64,000 bases of DNA from assembly GCA_965205505.1 (NCBI GenBank), contig CBDBHB010000008.1, forward strand, positions 1,257,903-1,321,902, given 5' to 3'. This DNA is from Acidobacteriota bacterium. Lineage in GTDB: Bacteria > Acidobacteriota > UBA890 > WLXD01. This document shows positions 41,097-52,088 of the stretch, one piece after another (within the stretch, counting starts at the first letter, position 1; every line of letters begins with the position of its first letter). Below the pieces are notes generated by a model. That model had not been told where the DNA came from and did not search any database. It saw only the letters and a list, made by a program, of their open reading frames with translations. A program made the position numbers and the translations under genes.

Positions 41097-42533
41097 ATGA
41101 CGGGCGCGCAGCGCACGATCGCTATCCTGGGTGGCGGCTCAGCGGGCTTCACGGCAGCTCAAACAGCAGCCAAGCTCGGCGCCCGCGTGCTCTTTTTCAT
41201 GGGCGACAACGCCGATATGGCGTCGCTGTGCGTCAACCGTGGCTGTATGCCGTCCAAGGCGATGTTCGAGCCGATCGACGCCATGCATCACGCCCGTCGT
41301 CAGGGCCTGCTGCGCGTCGAGCCATTCCGGCCTGAGGCCCATCTCGGACAGATCGTTGCCTGGAAGGACCGCGAGATCGCCCGCTTCCGCGCCTATCGGC
41401 AGAAGGCGATCGCGGCTTTCGAGAGCGATGAGTTCGTCATCGTACGGGCCAACGCGCGATTCATGGATGCGCACACGCTCAGCGCCGAAGGTCGAACGTA
41501 TCCGTTCGACGCCGCCATCATCGCCACCGGTTCTGTAGCGGAACGACCGGCGATTGACGGGCTGTCCGAGCTGGGCGACGAGATCTGGACCAACGACGAC
41601 ATTCTCGCGAACACGGCGTTGCCAGAGTCGCTCGTGCTTATCGGTGCCGGTGCTATCGGACTCGAGTTCGGGTTGCGCTACGCGCGACTGGGCAGCGTCG
41701 TGACTATCATCGCGCGATCGCGACCCTTGTCGCAGTATCCAGAGCGCTTCGGCCAACGGCTGGCACAGATCTACGAGCGCGAGGGCGTGCGTATGCTGCA
41801 GGCAACATCGGCGCAGCGGGTACGGCGCGACCGCGAGGGCATGTACGTCGTCGAGACCGAGGGGGCGCACGGGTTCGAGCCCGTCACGGCGGCACGCGCA
41901 ATGCTGGCGGCCGGCCGCAGGCCGGCCGTCGACACGCTCGACCTCCACCTGGCCGGGATAGAGCTGGCCAGCGGAAGGATGACGGTGAGTGAGGACCTGC
42001 GCCTGGATGGCACCGACAACCTATTCGCCGCCGGCGACGTGATCGGTAGGCGCATGGTGGTGCATCAGGCACATATCGAGGCGGGCATCGCCGCGCAGAA
42101 CGCCGTTACCGATGGCACCCGCATCTGGGATCGGCGCTCCGACATCCAGGTCGTATTCTCTGATCCCGAGTTCGCCTACGCTGGCGTGACACCCGAGGCA
42201 GCAACAGCGATGGGGCACCAGCTGCTATACGGCTCCAAGGACTCGCGGCTCGTCGGCAAGCTGCACCTGGGCGGCGACGACCACGGCTTCGGCGAGTTCA
42301 TCGCCGACGCTGAAACCCACAGCCTCCTGGGCGCCGGGCTCCTCTGCGACGACGCCAGCAACCTGATCCACCTTCCGGCATACCTGATCGACCACCGTCA
42401 TACGGTTCATGACGGTGCTGCCGCCGAGTACTACCACCCGACGCGGATGGAGATCGTCTCGTCGATCCTCGACGGCATGTCCGGAGGCCTCGGCGGCACA
42501 CCGCCGACGCGTCCCGACGAGCGTAGCGGCTGA
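41097..42533 (+). CDS. Class-I pyridine nucleotide-disulfide oxidoreductase (dihydrolipoamide dehydrogenase-like)
   Basis: GGGSAG, CVNRGCMPSK, GAGAIGLE, AGDV, YHPT..E. Confidence 0.85.
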   Translation: MTGAQRTIAILGGGSAGFTAAQTAAKLGARVLFFMGDNADMASLCVNRGCMPSKAMFEPIDAMHHARRQGLLRVEPFRPEAHLGQIVAWKDREIARFRAYRQKAIAAFESDEFVIVRANARFMDAHTLSAEGRTYPFDAAIIATGSVAERPAIDGLSELGDEIWTNDDILANTALPESLVLIGAGAIGLEFGLRYARLGSVVTIIARSRPLSQYPERFGQRLAQIYEREGVRMLQATSAQRVRRDREGMYVVETEGAHGFEPVTAARAMLAAGRRPAVDTLDLHLAGIELASGRMTVSEDLRLDGTDNLFAAGDVIGRRMVVHQAHIEAGIAAQNAVTDGTRIWDRRSDIQVVFSDPEFAYAGVTPEAATAMGHQLLYGSKDSRLVGKLHLGGDDHGFGEFIADAETHSLLGAGLLCDDASNLIHLPAYLIDHRHTVHDGAAAEYYHPTRMEIVSSILDGMSGGLGGTPPTRPDERSG

Positions 42534-42535
42534 CG

Positions 42536-42784
42536 ATGGCGGCTGACGATTTCGACCCGCGTCTCGGACCGCCGATCGACGGATCAAGATACCCGCCGAC
42601 GTTTCAGCACCCGCCGTGGACGGTGGGGGTCGTGCTGGTGCTCGCCGTGGTCGCCCTGCTGTTCGGCATCCTGGTCCGCCCAATCTGGCTGCTCGTTGGC
42701 TCTCCCTTCATCCTCACCTTGTTCGTGTGGCTAGGAGTGCGGTTCACCCAGTGGCGACGTCGGCGCCGGGGGCCAACCACGTAG
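42536..42784 (+). CDS. Small membrane protein
   Basis: Two TM helices and a basic tail; follows the upstream stop directly. Confidence 0.6.
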   Translation: MAADDFDPRLGPPIDGSRYPPTFQHPPWTVGVVLVLAVVALLFGILVRPIWLLVGSPFILTLFVWLGVRFTQWRRRRRGPTT

Positions 42785-42797
42785 ATGGACCCACACG

Positions 42798-42831
42798 CCG
42801 GACCCACCAGAGCTTCGAAGCACCCTGCTAG
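42798..42831. repeat. Isolated MITE right end
   Basis: ccggacccacca...gaagcaccctgCTAG combines the type-B inner TIR and the 19598-type end. Confidence 0.45.
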
Positions 42832-42918
42832 ACTGTCTTAGGGGCGACGCTACCTAGTCAGCAAGGGGGACACCGGCAGTCTCGATAGGGCTGCCGGAGG
42901 TTCCGCAAGGGGATTCTG

Positions 42919-43530
42919 ATGCAAGCCACACGCATGATCGCTGTTCTCTGTGCGCTGTCGATCGCCGCGGTACCCGTGCTCGCCACCCAGGCGAGCGCCG
43001 ATACGCACATTCCCTCGGGTACACGCGCCACCGTCGCGCTGCGAGGCTGGCTCAGCTCGGCTGATGCCAACGTCGGCGACACGTTCGAGGCCGCGCTGGT
43101 GAACGACATACTGGTGGAAGGCCAGCTGGTGGTTCCTGCCGGCTCGACGCTCGTCGGTCGCGTCGCCGACGTCGAGCGCGCCCGCGGCATGAGCCGCGGC
43201 GGCAAGCTCACGCTCGTCATCGATAGGCTCGTTAGCGGCGACGGAGATTCGACGCCAGCGCTGGCCACCGTTACCGGGGTCGCCGAAGGCGGCGAGCTCG
43301 AAGGCAAGGACGACAAAGGCAAGAGCGCAGGAATCGGTGGTGCGATCGGTGGCGCCCTGGGCGCCATCATCGGCGGCGCTGCGGGGCTGCTCGTCGGCCT
43401 CGTGGTCGGCGCCGGCGGCGCGATCGCCGGCGGCCGCGGCAAGGACGTCGAGCTCCCTGAGGACACCTATCTGTTGGTGAAGTTCGACCAGCAGGTCGAT
43501 GTCACATGGACCTGGCAACCGCAGAGCTGA
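42919..43530 (+). CDS. Secreted TrbI/VirB10-like protein with glycine zipper
   Basis: IPSGT...L...LSS....GD.F.A, VPAGS...G.V, GxxxG zipper, G.DVELP..T. Confidence 0.7.
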   Translation: MQATRMIAVLCALSIAAVPVLATQASADTHIPSGTRATVALRGWLSSADANVGDTFEAALVNDILVEGQLVVPAGSTLVGRVADVERARGMSRGGKLTLVIDRLVSGDGDSTPALATVTGVAEGGELEGKDDKGKSAGIGGAIGGALGAIIGGAAGLLVGLVVGAGGAIAGGRGKDVELPEDTYLLVKFDQQVDVTWTWQPQS

Positions 43531-43591
43531 AGCTTCCGTCCCGGCTACGACTTGACCGCAGCGGGCGCCATCGGTGGCCGCTGGCGAAGTC

Positions 43592-44581
43592 TTACTGCTG
43601 CCCGATCTGCGCTTTGAGCGCCAAGATCATCTGCTCGATGTTGTCGCGGTCCGGGGCGTCCGGCGCCTGCTCCAGGTATCCCTCGAGCATCGTGATCGAC
43701 TTGTCGTACTCCTGCGTCTGCAAGTACGCATAGCCGAGGTTCTTGCGAGCCACCGGGAATTCATCCCGCAAGGCCAGCGCACGCTCCATGTGCTCGATGC
43801 CCTCTTCTATGTGCTGCAGCTGCAGCATGACGGCACCGGCGTTGTACTGCAGCTCGGGGTTGTCGAGCGACTGGGCCGCCGCTATTCGGAGGTGGGGCAG
43901 CGCCCCCTCGAAGTCCTGCTTGGCGGTGTAAACCTGTCCCGCCAGCTGGTGGGCCGAGCGGCTGTTCGGTCTCACCTTCAACATCTCGTCGGTCGCAGCC
44001 AGCGTGGCGTCGTGGTCGCCCTGCTCGAAGCTACCCAGCGCCAGGATCTCGTGGGCGCTCACCCGCATCGTATCTACGTCTTCGCCGCTGACCCCTCGCA
44101 TGCCCTCCAGCAACTCGTCGATTGAGGATTCCATGGTGGCCCAGTCCTTTGCCTCGTAGGCGGCAAAGCCTTCCTCATAGAGCTTGTTGAGGGCATCGTA
44201 GTCCACCAGATCCGCAGGCACTCCCAGCGCCAGTGTGGCATCGTAGTTGTTGGGCCCGTGGCTGAACCGAACACCGTTGTTGTACACAGTGTCGTAGCCA
44301 TCTGCCTCGACGCGCACGTTGTAGTCCAAGGTGGCGTAGAAGCCACGGCCCTGGAACTCGCCGTTCTCGTCCGCGGTCAGGGTGCGCTCACGCCCGTACT
44401 CGGGGTCGGTGATCATCACCCGCGCCCCGGGAATTGGTTCCCCGTAGGTGTCTTGGATCCTGCCGCCGACGCTGCAGTCGGCGATCCCCTGAGCCCGGGC
44501 CGGCGGCGCGGTCGTCAGCACGAGGCCAGCGGCTAAGACGGAGGTCAACATTGTCGAGAAGCGTTGTGTCGGTGAGAGCAT
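43592..44581 (-). CDS. Secreted carboxypeptidase-regulatory-like plus TPR protein
   Basis: G.I.D..GEPIPGA.V; C-terminal TPR helices. Confidence 0.75.
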   Translation of the reverse strand: MLSPTQRFSTMLTSVLAAGLVLTTAPPARAQGIADCSVGGRIQDTYGEPIPGARVMITDPEYGRERTLTADENGEFQGRGFYATLDYNVRVEADGYDTVYNNGVRFSHGPNNYDATLALGVPADLVDYDALNKLYEEGFAAYEAKDWATMESSIDELLEGMRGVSGEDVDTMRVSAHEILALGSFEQGDHDATLAATDEMLKVRPNSRSAHQLAGQVYTAKQDFEGALPHLRIAAAQSLDNPELQYNAGAVMLQLQHIEEGIEHMERALALRDEFPVARKNLGYAYLQTQEYDKSITMLEGYLEQAPDAPDRDNIEQMILALKAQIGQQ

Positions 44582-44717
44582 GCAAGCCTCCTGTCGGCCT
44601 GACCCTGTGTGTCCAGAAACGATGTAATTGTACCTTAGCGCACTCGTCACGATGCTCAAGGTCTCCAGCGAGGAGCCTGCTCTTAAAAGCTGTCTTCAGC
44701 AGCGTACGAGACCACCG

Positions 44718-45653
44718 CTATGATCTTGGCACCGGCGTGCCTTCGAGCGCTAGGGCGACGGTAGCGCAGTGAATATCGACGATATCCGCCATTTCGGTCG
44801 AGTATCCGCCGGCCATCACGACCGCCACCGGAACGCCGCGATCGCGACACCAGTCGAGCACATAGCGATCGCGCCTTGCCAGACCTTCCTTCGACAGCGC
44901 CAAGCGCCCGAGTCGATCACCGGCGAACGGGTCCGCCCCCGAAACGTATACGGCCAGGTCCGCCGCATGGTGCGCCGGCCCGTCGGCCAGGGCGCGTTCG
45001 AGCGCGTCCAAGTACTCGACATCGGCCACGGCGTCGTCGAGCGCGACGTCGAGGTCGCCTGCCTCTTTGCGGAAGGGGAAATTGCGTCGCCCGTGCATGG
45101 AGAACGTAAACACGCTTGGATCGCCGCGGAAGATCGCCGCAGTTCCGTTACCCTGATGTACGTCACAGTCCACCACCACCACCCGTTGGGCTCGCTGCTC
45201 GCGTTGGTGCACGCGAATCGCCACCGCGACATCATTGAAGACGCAATAGCCCTCACCACGATCGGTAAACGCGTGGTGCGTGCCACCAGCGAGGTTCACC
45301 CCTACGCCATAGTCAAGCGCTGCTGCGCACGCGGCGATCGTCGCGCCGACGGACCGACGCGACCGCTCGACGAGCTGTGGTGACCACGGAAAGCCGATGC
45401 GGCGGATCTCGCTCGACGTCAGCAGCCCCTCGGTCACACGCTGGATGTACTCGTCTGTATGAGCCAGCCGGAGCTGGTCGTCCGTGGCGGCGGCGGGCAC
45501 CTCGAGATCGGTGTGCGAAACTACACCGCTGTCGAGCAAGCGCTCGCGCAACTGACGGTACTTCGCCATCGGGAAGCGATGTCCGGAGGGCAACGGCAGC
45601 ACGAACTCGTCGCTGTAGAAGAGGCGCCCGCGGTGGCTAGTGCTCCTGATCAT
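44718..45653 (-). CDS. Histone deacetylase family protein
   Basis: HRFPMAKY, NLAGGTHHA, GYCVFND, DCDVHQGNGT, GADP..GD, GGY. Confidence 0.92.
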   Translation of the reverse strand: MIRSTSHRGRLFYSDEFVLPLPSGHRFPMAKYRQLRERLLDSGVVSHTDLEVPAAATDDQLRLAHTDEYIQRVTEGLLTSSEIRRIGFPWSPQLVERSRRSVGATIAACAAALDYGVGVNLAGGTHHAFTDRGEGYCVFNDVAVAIRVHQREQRAQRVVVVDCDVHQGNGTAAIFRGDPSVFTFSMHGRRNFPFRKEAGDLDVALDDAVADVEYLDALERALADGPAHHAADLAVYVSGADPFAGDRLGRLALSKEGLARRDRYVLDWCRDRGVPVAVVMAGGYSTEMADIVDIHCATVALALEGTPVPRS

Positions 45654-45710
45654 AAGTACGGTGACGCACTAGCTAACTTCGCAACCAGATGTGCTCAGCA
45701 ACCCCCGCCG

Positions 45711-46662
45711 TCACTGCGCTAGTAGGGTCGGACGGAATACCGACACCTGCTTCAGCATGCGATCCTTCTGTCCACCCGTAAACCGCACCATGCACTGATC
45801 GTCGGCGTAATCCATGAAGTTGGTCGTCGGGTCGCGCCGCGGCAGGTCCGGACACGAGTCCTTTTTCGTCGGACATCCCTCTGTCGGCACTCCTTCGGCA
45901 GGGGTATCGTCCACGCGGTCCCCCAACCCTACACAGCCACCCTGAAAGGTGTGATAGAGGCCCAGATAGTGGCCCACCTCATGCGTCAGGGTGTCGCCTT
46001 CGTTGAAGCGGGCGAAGGCACCGCCGGGCATCGATGCGTAGTGGATAACGACCCCATGCATCGGATCAGCCTCTCCTCCCCAGTCGTTGGGAAACCACGC
46101 GTAGCCGAGAATCGAGTTGGTCGGTCGGCATGTGTAGACGTTGAGGGTGGTTGCGGGATCGACGGCGTGCCTTCTCTTGAAGCTCCGTTCGACGCCGAAG
46201 TCCAAGCACTTGGTGGCGAATCGATTGTCGTCGTGGCGGATGATCTCTCTGAGCTTGAACTTGAACCCCTTGCTGCTGAAGGAGTCGCTGAGAACGGCCA
46301 TCTGGTCGTCAACCTGTTGATCAGTTGACATCGAAGGTGCCGTTCTTCTTCCGCACGATGTGGAAGGTCACCGGAATGGTGATCTTCCCCGCTAGTGCCG
46401 CTGCGTCACGTTGCGGCAGCTGGCTGGCAACCACCATTTCCACCAGGTCCTTCTCGGCCTCGCCAACGGGCCTCGTGGCGCAGCGAAGAGGGGCGGTAGC
46501 CTCGTCGAGCGCCCCCGCCGTCGAGCTTCGAATCAGCTGTGAGCGATCCCAGCCGTTAGGGGGCTCACGGAGCGCCTCGCGGGCGGTTCGCTGTTGCGCG
46601 GATGCCGTCGCGAATGCCATAAGCACGCACGAAACACCAATGGCTACCACGGGCTTGTGCAT
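45711..46662 (-). pseudogene. M43 (pappalysin/ulilysin-like) zinc metalloprotease with one frameshift
   Basis: HEVGHYLGLYHTF and NFMDY Met-turn; one extra base near 46325 separates the signal/pro-region (RCAT) from the catalytic part; may be a sequencing error. Confidence 0.8.
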
Positions 46663-46967
46663 CAGAGAGCGGCCTCCTGAGGCCATCCGGAAGGGGTAAC
46701 CAATAGCTTACAGGTGCAAGCGGCCGCCGGCACGGTGAGTGGCGTGGCTGATGTGAGCTAGTGCTGCATCGCCAACAACTCCGGCACGGTGACCAACCTG
46801 AACCCTCGCCGAGAGAGGTTGGCGACCATCCACCGCGTCGCGGTGACCACATGGTCCCGCGCGCCGCCTCCGTCGTGGAGCAGGACGATCGAGCCCGGGC
46901 GAACCTGAGTAAGGGTGCGCAGCGCCACGCGCTGAGCCGACCGTGTGCTCCAATCCCTTGCCTGCAC

Positions 46968-48227
46968 TGACCTGACCCCCCAAAACGGATCCAGAGGTAA
47001 TCTCACGATCTGGGTCGAAAAGGGGAGGTCAGAATGCCGACGAAGAGGCACAGCGCCGAGCAGATCGTACGCAAGCTCCGGGAGGCTGAAGTGGAGCAGG
47101 CGCAAGGCGGGACGGTCAAGGATGCCTGCCGCAAGCTAGCGATCACCGAGCACACCTACTATCGGTGGCGGCGGGAGTACGGGGGGCTGAAGGTCAACCA
47201 GGCCAGAAGGCTCAAGCAGCTGGAGAAAGAAAACGCCCGGCTCAAGAAACTGGTGGCGGAGAAAGAGCTCGACCTGTCGATCCTGAAGGAAGTCGCGGAG
47301 GGAAACTTCTGAGCCCAGCTCGACGGCGCGAGGCGGTGGCGCATGTACGGGGGCGGCTGGGCGTCTCCGAGAGGCGGGCGTGCCGGGTACTGAAACAACC
47401 ACGCACGACACACAGGTACATGCCAAGAGAACCGGGCGATGAGCAGATGTTGACGGAGCGGATCGTGGATCTAGCCCGACAATACGGGCGCTACGGGTAT
47501 CGGCGAGTGACGGCGTTGTTGCGTATGGAGGGCTGGTGGGTGAACCACAAACGAGTGCAGCGTATCTGGAGGCGTGAGGGGCTGAAAGTACCGACAAAGC
47601 AGCCCAAACGAGCCCGGCTGTGGCTCAGCGATGGCTCGTGCATCCGGCTGCGACCACAGCGCAAAGATCACGTCTGGGCGTATGACTTCGTTCATCACCG
47701 GACGCACGAGGGTCGGGCTATGAGGCTGCTGACGATCGTCGATGAGTACACACGAGAAAGCCTGGCGATCGACGTGGCACGGAAGCTCAACTGTGAGGAC
47801 GTGCTCGAGCGGCTCGGGTGGTTGTTCGTGCACCGGGGCATACCTGAGCACATCCGGTCCGATAACGGACCGGAGTTCACCGCCGAGGCGGTTCGCGACT
47901 GGCTCGGTAGGCTCGGTGTGGGCACGCTGTTCATCGAGCCGGGCTCGCCGTGGGAGAACGGCTACGTGGAGAGCTTCAACGGCAAGCTCCGAGACGAGCT
48001 GCTCAACGGCGAGATCTTCTACACGCTCAAGGAGGCAAAGGTTCTGATCGAGAGATGGAGGCAGCAGTACAACCGCATGCGACCGCACAGCTCGTTGGGC
48101 TACCGACCACCGGCCCCGGAGGCGCTGTTGTTGAAGCCGGCTACGCTCCGCTTCGCCGGCCTCAACAACCCCTTGTCAGCACCGAGTTACTGAGATAAGA
48201 CGTGGTACTAACCGTGGGGTCAGGTCA
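46968..48227 (+). mobile_element. IS3-family insertion sequence (IS-A)
   Basis: TGACCTGACCCC...GGGGTCAGGTCA termini; orfA/orfB with GGGAAAC slippery site at 47300-47306. Confidence 0.93.
47034..48193 (+). CDS. IS3 transposase OrfA/OrfAB (programmed -1 frameshift)
   Basis: HTH orfA 47034-47312; DDE orfB (W.YDF, SDNG.EF, NG..ESFN). Confidence 0.9.
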
Positions 48228-48859
48228 GGACCTCGCAGCCGTGAGTCCATGGTTCCGTAGGGCGGCCGCAGTAGCCACGGGCGCAGTCCCGTCGCTCTAC
48301 GGATCGCCTCGGCGGCGCGTTCAATCTCGGCGCGGATCTGTGCGTCTGCCAGCGTCGGCAGCGATCGATGCGTGAACGAGTGATTGCCTATGGCATGCCC
48401 CTCGCGCACGATCCGTCTGGCCAGCCCCGGGTGACGCGCCACGTTCTCGCCGATCAGGAAGAACGTCGCGACCACGCCATGATCCCGCAGGACGTCGAGG
48501 ATCTGGGCAGTGTCAGGATCGCGCGGGCCGTCGTCGAAGGTCAGGGCGACGACGGACTCGGAAACGTCGACACTGGAGACGACCTGATCCGATTGCGCCA
48601 AGCTGACGACGCGCTCGAAGGGGGTCGCACGGGCGACCGTACCACTCGCGGCGAGCCCAACTACCAGGGCCACGGAAAACCGTCGCATCATCTCTTGCTC
48701 ATGGTCCCAGGCCGGTGCCCGAGTAAACCGCAGGCGTGCTTGCCTGGCCGGTCGGCCGATATCTTTACGAGCTTTGTATGCCGGCTCCGGCCAGAAACGG
48801 CTCGGTCGGCGGCTAGCAGGCCGAAGGGTTTCGGCCGGCAACGCTCCCACCTCGGTCCG

Positions 48860-49928
48860 CTAGCCGCTTCGGACGTAGATCGTTATGGCGGGTCCGAACA
48901 GAGCCACGAACGCCGGGTTCTCGGCGCTGACCATCTCGATGATGTTCAGGTCGGGCAGCAAGTTCAGCCGCCGGCGGATCGGGACGGCCGTCTTGAGGTG
49001 CTTTTCCAGGTCGCTCTCCGCCTGGCGCTGCTGAGCCGGCTGCGCCAGACCACGGTAGATCACCATGAACGAGAATTCTCGGTGCGCCTTGGTGGACCGC
49101 AGTCCGGAGCCGTAGAGATAGAGCGCCTCCAGCCACGCGAAATCGTCCCAGGTGCCGTCGAGCGAGGCCAGCGAGACTGCCGCCTCCTGCACGGTCATCT
49201 TCGTGATCCGACGACGCCTCGGCTTAGGGCGCGCCGCCTCCTGTGTCGTCGCGGATGGGCCGACTACCTTGATGGCAGCTTTCTTCACCGCGGTCTTCTT
49301 CTTCACCGCGGTCTTCTTCTTCACCGCGGTCTTCTTCTTCACCGCGGTCTTCTTCTTCACCGCGGTCTTCTTCTTCACCGCGGTCTTCTTCTTCACCGCG
49401 GCTTCTTCTTCACTGCAGGCTTCTTCTTCACTGCAGGCTTCTTCTTCACTGCAGGCTTCTTCTTCACTGCAGGCTTCTTCTTCACTGCAGGCTTCTTCTT
49501 CACTGCAGGCTTCTTCTTCACTGCAGGCTTCTTCTTCACTGCAGGCTTCTTCTTCACTGCAGGCTTCTTCTTCACTGCAGGCTTCTTCTTCACTGCAGGC
49601 TTCTTCTTCACTGCAGGCTTCTTCTTCACTGCAGGCTTCTTCTTCACTGCAGGCTTCTTCTTCACTGCAGGCTTCTTCTTCCGCAGGCTTCTTCTTCACC
49701 GCAGGCTTCTTCTTCACCGCAGGCTTCTTCTTCACCGCAGGCTTCTTCTTCACCGCAGGCTTCTTCTTCACCGCAGGCCTTCTTCTTCACCGCGGCCTTC
49801 TTCTTCACCGCGGCCTTCTTCTTCACCGCGGCCTTCTTCTTCACCGCGGCCTTCTTCTTCACCGCGGCCTTCTTCTTCACCGCGGCCTTCTTCTTCGCCA
49901 CTTTCTTCTCGGCCCTTTTCCTGGCCAT
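48860..49928 (-). CDS. Histone-H1-like Lys-rich repeat protein fused to a degenerate nucleotidyltransferase-like domain (apparent frameshifts in the repeat)
   Basis: GAGG RBS, MARKRAEKK, about 34 KKK(A/P/T)AV units, C-terminal LEALYLYGS...FSFMVI domain. Confidence 0.75.
49281..49896. repeat. 18-bp coding tandem repeat, about 34 copies in four sequence blocks
   Basis: cttcttcttcac(c/t)gc(ggt/agg/ggc) units. Confidence 0.95.
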
Positions 49929-50689
49929 GAGATACCTCTCGTCACTCACGAACCTGCCACCAACCGCACCCGGCAAGAAATCCTGAAACATCGCCGGGTA
50001 ACTTCGCTTGATGTTCGTCTTACGGCGAATATAGTACGCATACGAGTTCGTTTTTCGCGCCTCTCGGATCCTCTTATGGACCGGGGCACGTCTTGCGTCA
50101 ATGGGCCGACGCGCCGTTGGACGATTCCATCGACGGCACCCGCTCGGCGCGCAGGCTACGCTGACGACGTGAGCCTACGAGAGCGAGCGAGGTTCTGGCG
50201 ACAGTTCCGGCGGCAATCCGCCACGACTGGGGCACTGACGCCATCCTCCAGATACCTGGCCACGGCCATGGTCCGCCCACTGCGACGGCACCGAAGAACT
50301 ACCTCAGCGGAACCGGTTCAGATTGTCGAGATGGGCCCGGGTACGGGCGCCATCACGCGTGAGATCGCTCGCCTCCTACGGCCCGGCGACATGCTCGATT
50401 GCTACGAGATCGATGACGGATTCGCGAGCTATCTGCAGCAACGGGTGGCCACCGACGAGCTATTCGAAGCGGTGCGCGATGGCGTGCGCGTGCACGTGAT
50501 GCCGGCACAGGCAGCAAGCCTGGACAGCGCCGCTCAGTTCGTCATCTGCAGCCTGCCGCTGAACAACCTGGCGCCCGAAGCTGTACACGACATCTTCCGT
50601 ACGGGTGCGCGACTCCTCGACGGACGGGGGTGGTTCACGTATTTCGAGTACATCGCGTTGCCAGCGCTCAAGCGGCGCTTCACGGGGAT

Positions 50690-50740
50690 TGACCTGACCC
50701 CACGGTTAGTACCACGTCTTATCTCAGTAACTCGGTGCTG
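50690..50740 (-). mobile_element. 51-bp right end of IS-A
   Basis: Exact reverse complement of 48177-48227. Confidence 0.92.
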
Positions 50741-51961
50741 TGACCCCACCCCGAAATCAGTACCAGTCAGAGGTTTAGGATTCGGTGTTCCGAAGCCTCC
50801 GGTTGCCAGCCCCTGGCGAACTCCGTAGGAGTTCGATCGTTCAGTGAGCTGTGTGGTCTGTGGGTATTGTAATCAAGCCTCCAAGCCTCCAGTTTTCGGC
50901 GCGCGTCATCGATCGAGAAGAACAGGTTGGCGTTGAGGCATTCGTCGCGAAGCCGTCCGTTGAAACTCTCGATGAACGCATTCTCCACGGGCTTTCCCGG
51001 CCGAATGAACTCCAACTGCACGCCTCTTCGGTACGCCCAGGAGTCCATCGCCTGGGAGTAGAATTCTGAGCCATTGTCGACGGTGATGACCCGTGGCAAC
51101 GGCCCGGCAAACGACAGCCGCTCGAGTGCTCCAGCCACCGCCTTGCCGGTCATCGACACGCCCGGCTCAAGTAACGGACATTCACGGCTAAACTGATCGA
51201 CCACCGTCAGCACCCGAAACGGCCGGCCACTCTCGAGCCGATCGGTCACGAAGTCCATGCTCCAGCGCTCGTTGGGCCGCTCTGCGGGCGGCAGCACAAG
51301 CCGTATGTGACTCGCCCGCTTGCGCCGTCGCTTTTTGGTCCGTACCTCCAGCCCCTCCTCTCGATAGATCCGATACACGCGCTTCTGGTTCACTACCCAT
51401 CCCTCGCGGCGTAGCAACACGCACAACCTCCGATACCCGAACCGCGGACGCGCCGCGGCGAGCTCGCCAAGACGACGCCGCAGCACGGGGTCGTCCGTCC
51501 TTGTGCTCTGATACCGATGGCTGGTGCGCGACAACTCGATCAGCCGACACGCTCGACGCTCACTGACACGGAACCCGTCCTGCAGGTACCGCACCACCTC
51601 GCGCTTGCGCGCCGGCTTCACACCTTTTTTGACAGCACCTCCTGGAGCATGTGCTTGTCCAAGCTCAGATCTGCCACCAGCTGCTTCAACTTCCGGTTCT
51701 CATGGCGGAGTTGTCGTAGCTCCCGAAGTTCGGCCACGCCCATCCCGGCGAACTTGCGGCGCCACGTGTACAACGTCTGCTCGCTGACGCCCAGCTTGCG
51801 ACACACCTCCTTGATCGGCGTGCCCGCCTCAGCCTGCCGCAGCGCGTAGGCGATCTGCTCGTCCGTGTACCTCTTCCGCTTCATCTGTCCTCCTGCTTGG
51901 AGGACGACGGTACACCGATTTCCTAAACATCAACCTGGCACCGTTTTCGGGGTTTGGGTCA
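50741..51961 (-). mobile_element. IS3-family insertion sequence (IS-B, IS407-like)
   Basis: TGACCC...GGGTCA termini; orfA 51618-51884, orfB 50767-51621, AAAAAAG slippery site at 51624-51630. Confidence 0.93.
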
Positions 51962-52088
51962 GGATCACCGAGCGTCAACGCATCGACGAAGTACGGCGAG
52001 TCAAGCGCAGGCATGGCGCACATGGTGCGGAGACACAGGTGGTCTGGGCCAACCTGCCGCCGGCACGGGCAGTACATCGACGCCTCGA

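Larger units (their letters stand above)
46758..48691 (-). pseudogene. Polysaccharide deacetylase (NodB) interrupted by IS3
   Basis: LTFDDGP, HSFTH, RPPYG (48228-48691) and DW...GSIVLLHD (46758-46967). Confidence 0.88.

Noticed and set aside
48368-50828. Long plus-strand ORFs with FFFTAG/SSLQAS/LLLHRG repeats
   Set aside because: They are antisense shadows of the Lys-rich repeat; only the 50169+ part is the real methyltransferase.
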